A program made the position numbers and the translations under genes. DNA of 64,000 nt. Origin: Spirochaetota bacterium (GTDB taxonomy: Bacteria > Spirochaetota > UBA12135 > COTS27). Shown here in pieces: positions 58,139-64,000 of this stretch. The stretch covers positions 69,713 to 133,712 of the forward strand of contig CBDFMP010000048.1 of assembly GCA_965249715.1 (NCBI GenBank). The letters run 5' to 3'. How positions within the stretch are numbered: the stretch's first letter is position 1; the number at the start of each line of letters is the position of its first letter. Below the pieces are notes generated by a model that worked only from the letters and a program-made list of their open reading frames with translations, was not told where the DNA came from and ran no database searches.

Positions 58139-60347
58139 ACATAACTTTGTTGTGTTTTTAGAACATTACAAGCTGGCACAGCTGGAAGCTTATCAAGCTG
58201 AAGCTTTTGCAGAGATTATGCTCTTTAATAATGCTGCGCGTGCGCGCCCAACACCCGCTGAAATCGGGGCGGCGGCTGCCATTGAAATCAAGCACGCCGA
58301 CACAGCAGACGAACAAGCAGATAACTAAACATAACTTTGTTGCGTTTTTAGAACATTACAAGCTGGCACAGCTGGAAGTTTATCAAGCTGAAGTTTTCGC
58401 CGGGATTATGCTCTTTAACAATGCCGCGCGTGCGCGCTCAACACCCGCTGAAATCGTGTCGGCTGCTGCCATTGAAATCAAGTGCGCTGAGACAGCAGAC
58501 GAACAAGCAGATCACTAAACATAACTTTGTTGTGTTTTTAGAACATTACAAGCTGGCACAGCTGGAAGTTTATCAAGCTGAAGCTTTCGCAGAGATTATG
58601 CTCTTTAACAATGCCGCGCATGCGCGCCCAACACCCGCTGAAATCGTGTCGGCTGCTGCCATTGAAATCAAGCGCGCCGAGACAGCAGACGAACAAGCAG
58701 ATAACTAAACATAACTTTGTTGCGTTTTTAGAACATTACAAGCTGGCACAGCTGGAAGCTTATCAAGCTGAAGTTTTCGCCGGGATTATGCTCTTTAACA
58801 ATGCCGCGCGTGCGCGCTCAACACCCGCTGAAACCGTGTCGGTTGCTGCCATTGAAATCAAGTGCGCTGAGACAGCAGACGGACAACGATAACTAACGTA
58901 ATTTTGTTGCGTTTTTAGAACATTACAAGCTGGCACAGCTGGAAGCTTATCAAGCTGAAGTTTTCGCCGGGATTATGCTCTTTAACAATGCTGCGGGTGC
59001 AACACCCACTGAAACCGTTTTTAGAACATTACAAGCTGGCACAGCTGGAAGCTTATCAAGCTGAAGTTTTCGCCGGGATTATGCTCTTTAACAATGCCGC
59101 GCGTGCGCGCCCAACACCCGCTGAAACCGTGTCGGCTGCTGCCATTGAAATCAAGTGCGCGAGACAGCAGACGAACAAGCAGATAACTAAGCATAACTTT
59201 GTTGCGTTTTTGGAACTTTACTAGCTGGCACAGCTGGAAGCTTATCAAGCTGAAGTTTTCGCCGGGATTATGCTCTTTAACAATGCCGCGCGTGCGCGCC
59301 CAACACCCGCTGAAACCGTGTCGGCTGCTGCCATTGAAATCAAGTGCGTCGAGACAGTAGACGAACAAGCAGATAACTAAGCGTAACTTTGTTGCGTTTT
59401 TAGAACATTACAAGCTGGCACAGCTGGAAGATCACTAACATAACTTTGTTGTGTTTTTAGAACATTACAAGCTAGCTCAAGCTGAAGTTTTCGCAGAGAT
59501 TATGCTCTTTAACAATGCCGCGCGTGCGCGCCCAACGTTGAAACCTGCGCTGAACGTCGACACAGTAGACGAACAAGCAGATAGCGGTAACTTTGTTGCG
59601 TTTTTGAACATTACAAGCTGGCACAGCTGGAAGTTTATCAGATTGAAGCTTTCGCAGAGATTATGCTCTTTAACAATGCCGCGATGCGCGCCCAACACCC
59701 GCTGAAATCGTGTCGGCTGCTGCCATTGAAATCAAGTGCGCTGAGACACAGACGAACAAGCCGATAACTAAGCGTAATTTTGTTGCGTTTTTAGAACATT
59801 ACAAGCTGGCACAGCTGAAAGTTTATCAGATTGAAGTTTTCGCAGAGATTATGCTCTTTAACAATGCCGCGCGTGCGCGCTCAACACCCGCTGAAACCGT
59901 GTCGGTTGCTGCCATTGAAATCAAGTGCGCTGAGACAGCAGACGAACAAGCAGATAACTAAACATAACTTTGTTGCGTTTTTAGAACATTACAAGCTGGC
60001 ACAGCTGGAAGTTTATCAAGCTGAAGTTTTCGCCGGGATTATGCTCTTTAACAATGCCGCGCGTGCGCGCTCAACACCCACTGAAACCGTGTCGGCTGCT
60101 GCCATTGAAATCAAGTGCGCTGAGACAGCAGACGAACAAGCAGATAACTAAACATAACTTTGTTGCGTTTTTGGAACTTTACTAGCTGGCACAGCTGGAA
60201 GCTTATCAAGCTGAAGTTTTCGCCGGGATTATGCTCTTTAACAATGCCGCGCGTGCGCGCTCAACACCCGCTGAAACCGTGTCGGCTGCGCCATTGAAAT
60301 CAAGCGCGCCGAGACAGCAGACGAACAAGCCGATAACTAAGCGTAAC
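58139..60347. repeat. Tandem array (~190-bp period; ~11 full and 3 truncated units) copying the overlapping 3' ends of scpA (+) and hemJ (-)
   Basis: The unit landmark gaac(a/t)ttacaagctggcacagctgg occurs at 57971, 58161, 58351, 58541, 58731, 58918, 59024, 59213, 59403, 59460, 59606, 59794, 59984 and 60174. Each unit carries the scpA stop, and its reverse strand carries the hemJ C-terminal ..LSY.LVRLLSRRA codons. Confidence 0.92.
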
Positions 60348-61379
60348 CACGCCAATAACAATAAGCGTCGCAATGAGCGCCGGTAGCGGTTGTTTGAAAA
60401 TGGCTAAGAATACGATGCCGGTAAAGAGCATGGGTGCCACTTTATTGAAGCGCCGCAGCCGACGGCTGATACTTGTTGGCTGGGGGTGGTGTGGCTCCAG
60501 CATGACGCCCGCGATACAAATATGGTAGACCGCCAGTATTATGATCAACATCATTTTCCAGTATATCCAAGACTGGACAAACGCATTGCTTTTATAAGTT
60601 AATGCAATAAGCAGCCCGGAGATAATGGTGAGTATAAACGCAGAAATGGCAACACCGAATATATTGAGTTCCATGGAACTGTACTGTTTTTGTAGGGCTG
60701 CGCGCACTTCAGGGGTTAATGGCTCAGCTCCAGCAGTAGTGCTAAGCGCTTTCTGATGGTACACAGGCAGTTGTCCCCCACAAAAAATTGCCGCCATCCA
60801 GCTTACCATTGTAATAATATGAGCGACTAACATAAAATGGTAAGAAAAATTCTCCTCCCAGAAAAGAACTATAAGCTCATTTTTAAACGTCACAATGAGT
60901 GCCGATGGTGATTGTTTGTAAATTGCTAATAATATAATGCCCATAAAGAGCATGATGCCCATCAGTTTAATGAATAAGTGCAGACGGCGACTGCTCATTA
61001 CCGGCTGGGAGCGGCGCAGTTTCAGCATGATGCCCACGGCATACATATGGTAGCCCACCAGTGCTATGACCAACATCATTTTCCAGTGTATCCAAGACTG
61101 TGCAAAGGCATTGCTTCTGAGTGCAAGCTCAATCCCGAAAGCAATGGTGAGCATAAGCGCAGGCGTGGCAATAACGCTGAGGAGTCTGCGTTCCATGAAA
61201 CTGTACTGTTTTTGTAGGGCTGCGCGCACTTCAGGGGTTAATGGCTTAGCTCCATCAGCAGTGCTAAGCGCTTTCCGATGGTATGTAAGCAGTTGTCCCG
61301 CCAAAAAAAGTGCCGCCATCCAGCTTACCATTGCAATAATATGAATGCCTAAACTAAAATGATGAGAATATAGTTCCAT
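60300..61379 (-). CDS. hemJ: In-frame head-to-tail fusion of two HemJ (protoporphyrinogen IX oxidase, UPF0093) modules
   Basis: 359 aa. Both halves start with ..(E)LYS(H/Y)HF..HII(A/T)MVSWMAA and repeat the whole ~175-aa HemJ architecture. Function of the fusion is uncertain. Confidence 0.65.
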   Translation of the reverse strand: MELYSHHFSLGIHIIAMVSWMAALFLAGQLLTYHRKALSTADGAKPLTPEVRAALQKQYSFMERRLLSVIATPALMLTIAFGIELALRSNAFAQSWIHWKMMLVIALVGYHMYAVGIMLKLRRSQPVMSSRRLHLFIKLMGIMLFMGIILLAIYKQSPSALIVTFKNELIVLFWEENFSYHFMLVAHIITMVSWMAAIFCGGQLPVYHQKALSTTAGAEPLTPEVRAALQKQYSSMELNIFGVAISAFILTIISGLLIALTYKSNAFVQSWIYWKMMLIIILAVYHICIAGVMLEPHHPQPTSISRRLRRFNKVAPMLFTGIVFLAIFKQPLPALIATLIVIGVVTLSYRLVRLLSRRA

Positions 61380-61448
61380 TACAAATGTACTCCCTACCGC
61401 GTGGTATTGAATTTCATAAGAGTTAATGTTTGAATATGTAAAAAATAA

Positions 61449-61637
61449 TTAAAGCCGATTGAGCTCATTGAGACTATTGAGCGCAGCAATTCCATAAGCC
61501 TCAGCCATTGACGAATAAATAAACGTATTATTCAGGAAGTAGCGTAAGTTGTTAGCCGCGCCGCGCTGGTTCATGATGGCTTGACCTAGATGGATGAGCT
61601 CCGAAGTTTGTCGCCCCAAGCAGTGCGCGCCTAAAAT
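61449..61637 (-). pseudogene. Stray copy of the last ~62 codons of sthA
   Basis: ..[51 protein letters not shown] aligns with the true sthA C-terminus. The upstream end is fused to a fragment of the scpA/hemJ repeat (61640-61700). Confidence 0.85.
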
Positions 61638-61681
61638 TTCCCAACACCCGCTGAAACTAAGTTGGCTGCTGCCACTTGAAG

Positions 61682-62236
61682 TCAAGCGCGCCGAGACAGC
61701 AGACGGATAAACAGATAACTAAGCGTAACCACGCCAATAACAATAAGCGTCGCAATGAGCGCTGGTAGCGGTTGTTTGAAAATGGCTAAGAATACGATGC
61801 CGGTAAAGAGCATGGGTGCCACTTCATTGAAGAGCCGTAGCTGACGACTGCTCATTGTTGGCTGGGAGCGGCGTAGTTTCAGCATGATGCCCACGGCACA
61901 CATATGGTAGCCCACCAGTGCTATGACCAACATCATTTTCCAGTGTATCCAAGACTGTGCAAAGGCATTGCTTCTGAGTGCAAGATCAAGTCCGAAGACA
62001 ATGGTGAGCACAAGTGCAGGACTGGCAATAATGCTGAGGAGTCTGCGTTCCATGGAACTGTACTGTTTTTGTAGGGCTGCGCGCACTTCAGGGGTTAATG
62101 GCTCAGCTCCATCAGCAGTGTTAAGCGCTTCCTGATGGTACACAAACAGTCGTCCCACATAAAAAAGTGCCGCCATCCAGCTTACCACTGCAATAATATG
62201 AATGCCGAAACTAAAATGATAAGAATATAGTTCCAT
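61682..62236 (-). CDS. hemJ: Protoporphyrinogen IX oxidase HemJ (UPF0093 family)
   Basis: 184 aa with [22 protein letters not shown] and four TM segments. Confidence 0.8.
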   Translation of the reverse strand: MELYSYHFSFGIHIIAVVSWMAALFYVGRLFVYHQEALNTADGAEPLTPEVRAALQKQYSSMERRLLSIIASPALVLTIVFGLDLALRSNAFAQSWIHWKMMLVIALVGYHMCAVGIMLKLRRSQPTMSSRQLRLFNEVAPMLFTGIVFLAIFKQPLPALIATLIVIGVVTLSYLFIRLLSRRA

Positions 62237-62305
62237 TACAAATGTACTCCCTACCGCGTGGTCTTGAATTTCATAAGAGTTAATGTTTGAATATGTGAAA
62301 AATAT

Positions 62306-63856
62306 TTAAAGCCGATTGAGACCGTTGAGTGCAGCAATTCTATAAGCCTCAGCCATTGACGGATAATTAAACGTATTATTCAGGAAGTAGCGCAAGTTGT
62401 TAGCCTCGCCGCGCTGGCTCATGATGGCTTGACCTATATGGATGATCTCCGAAGCTTGCCGACCAAAGCAGTGAGTGCCTAAGATTTCCAGCGTCTTACG
62501 ATGGAAGAGCATCTTCAGCATGCCAATGTTATCGCCAAGGATCTGCGCTTTCGCAAGATTTTTAAAATTGGCAATGCCCACTTCATAAGGGATTTTTGCT
62601 TCCGTCAATTCGCGTTCGGTCTTGCCTATGCAGCTGATCTCGGGTGTGGTGTAAATACCGGTGGGAATATACAATGGCGAGAAATAAAAGCCTTTTAAGC
62701 TAAGTTTTGTCGCCACCAGGCAACGGCCTTGATCATAAGCGACACCCGCTAAACTTGGCCAGCCAATGACGTCACCGGCGGCAAAAATATTTGCTATCTT
62801 CGTCTGATAATCTTCGTTGACAGGCACAACGCCGCGTTTGTTGACAGTAATGCCAACGCGATCCAGTTTGAGACTGTTAATATTGGCGACGCGTCCTTGT
62901 GTCCAGAGCAGATAGGGCGCCTTAATGCACTTTCCCGATGTTAATATTAATTCTATATGATCATCGTATGTTTTCACAGCAGCATAATGTTCGCAGTTGC
63001 GGATGACAATACCCTGATCGCTCATATGGTAGTTAATGGCATTGCTAATCTCAGCGTCCAGGAAATCCAGCACGGTACTGCGGCTGTTGATCAGATCCAC
63101 TTTAGTGCCGAGGTTTTTTAAAATGCTTGCATACTCGCAGCCCACCACACCAGCGCCATAAATGGCAACGCCCACGGGGGTTTCAGTGAGGCCTAAGATT
63201 TTATCGCTGTCTAAGATGCGCGGGTGATTAAAATCAATGGTTTTGGGATGCATGGGACGTGAACCGGAGGCAATGACAATGTTTTCTGCCGTCACGCGTT
63301 CCTTACTGCCATTGGTATCAGTGAGAATGAGCGTGTGTTCATCATAAAAGGAAGCTTCAGCAAACCGCAGGGCAACCTTATTGCGTTTGTAAAAATTGTG
63401 GCGCATGCGCACTTGTGCATCAATGACCGTACGCGCCATGTTCAGAAAGTCTTTGAACGAAGGTGTGGGGGCACTGTATTCTTTGCCCAGATAAGGGATT
63501 TTGGAAAGATTCAAGTAGGCGATAATGCTTTGGCGCACGGATTTTGAGGGAATCGTCCCCCAATGTGTGCAGCCGCCGCCTATTTCTTTGAACCGCTCAA
63601 TGGCAAGAACACGTTTATTGGCTTTGCTTGCCATCATGGAAGCGCCTTCACCGGCAGGCCCTGTTCCAATGACAATAAAATCGTAATGGTAATGATGTTT
63701 CTTAGAGCTTTTACGCGCCGCTTGTTTGGGTTTGGTGTTTGGCTTGCTTGTGGCTGCGTTGTCTGATGCAGAGGGGGCGTCTGAAGCCTTAGCGGTTGCA
63801 GGTGGTTCTGACTTTGTGGTGTGAACTTGTGTGGAGTAAGGAGAGTATTGTCCCAT
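62306..63856 (-). CDS. sthA: Soluble pyridine nucleotide transhydrogenase with a ~50-aa basic low-complexity N-terminal extension
   Basis: YDFIVIGTGPAGEGASM..IGGGCTHWGTIPSK is diagnostic of SthA. At 516 aa it exceeds the ~466 typical. Confidence 0.88.
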   Translation of the reverse strand: MGQYSPYSTQVHTTKSEPPATAKASDAPSASDNAATSKPNTKPKQAARKSSKKHHYHYDFIVIGTGPAGEGASMMASKANKRVLAIERFKEIGGGCTHWGTIPSKSVRQSIIAYLNLSKIPYLGKEYSAPTPSFKDFLNMARTVIDAQVRMRHNFYKRNKVALRFAEASFYDEHTLILTDTNGSKERVTAENIVIASGSRPMHPKTIDFNHPRILDSDKILGLTETPVGVAIYGAGVVGCEYASILKNLGTKVDLINSRSTVLDFLDAEISNAINYHMSDQGIVIRNCEHYAAVKTYDDHIELILTSGKCIKAPYLLWTQGRVANINSLKLDRVGITVNKRGVVPVNEDYQTKIANIFAAGDVIGWPSLAGVAYDQGRCLVATKLSLKGFYFSPLYIPTGIYTTPEISCIGKTERELTEAKIPYEVGIANFKNLAKAQILGDNIGMLKMLFHRKTLEILGTHCFGRQASEIIHIGQAIMSQRGEANNLRYFLNNTFNYPSMAEAYRIAALNGLNRL

Positions 63857-64000
63857 GATGGCCTGCTGAGTGTTATAAATGAAGATTTTTTAGAGTTTTT
63901 ATGGGCTTTGGTGGGGGGGTTAGCCTTTATTTTTAAATTTTATTAGTTTTTAAAATATCGGAGTGACGGGGGATAAATTGAATACGAACGGCGGCTTCTG

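Noticed and set aside
57966-60347. Possible CRISPR array or satellite unrelated to genes
   Set aside because: The 190-bp units are complete copies of the scpA/hemJ 3' ends with no unique spacers, so this is gene-end amplification, not CRISPR.

Overview
This is a 64-kb chromosomal segment from a diderm-type bacterium with intermediate GC content. The taxon cannot be assigned from the sequence alone; supporting clues are kdsB, beta-barrel-like OMP paralogues, menA, a three-subunit sdhCAB and a suf system. Gene content is mostly housekeeping and densely packed. It includes an fbpABC-like iron importer directly downstream of an Rrf2-sufBCDSU operon, then rpsT, pyrG, menA, kdsB, purF, carAB, tsaE, grpE-dnaK-dnaJ, rsmD, copA, a neuB-like gene, sdhCAB, mgsA, scpA, hemJ and sthA. 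I recognised no rRNA/tRNA, CRISPR, transposase or integrase genes. Four things are unusual. (1) An accessory island at 20.7-24.3 kb consists of two tandem copies of a two-gene cassette: a 2-TM protein of unknown family followed by a Panacea/DUF4065 antitoxin-like protein. One copy is intact and the other has a decayed first gene, making this a candidate undescribed toxin-antitoxin or defence pair. (2) Gene termini are tandemly duplicated throughout the window: 5 x ~462 bp of the tsaE 3' half; ~12 x 190 bp of the overlapping scpA/hemJ 3' ends; a triplicated hemJ (two copies fused in frame) with a stray sthA 3' fragment; a ~548-bp 3' cassette of a secreted-protein gene; ~5 degenerate copies of an OMP gene 5' end plus an internally deleted OMP/neuB remnant; and a 65-bp fbpC fragment at the window edge. 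(3) Three genes are split by frameshifts: a secreted protein with four +1 shifts, an S41 peptidase and a DUF423 protein. (4) Conserved enzymes carry Ala/Gln/Thr-rich low-complexity insertions. All identities are by-eye comparisons, and no database search or computation was possible.
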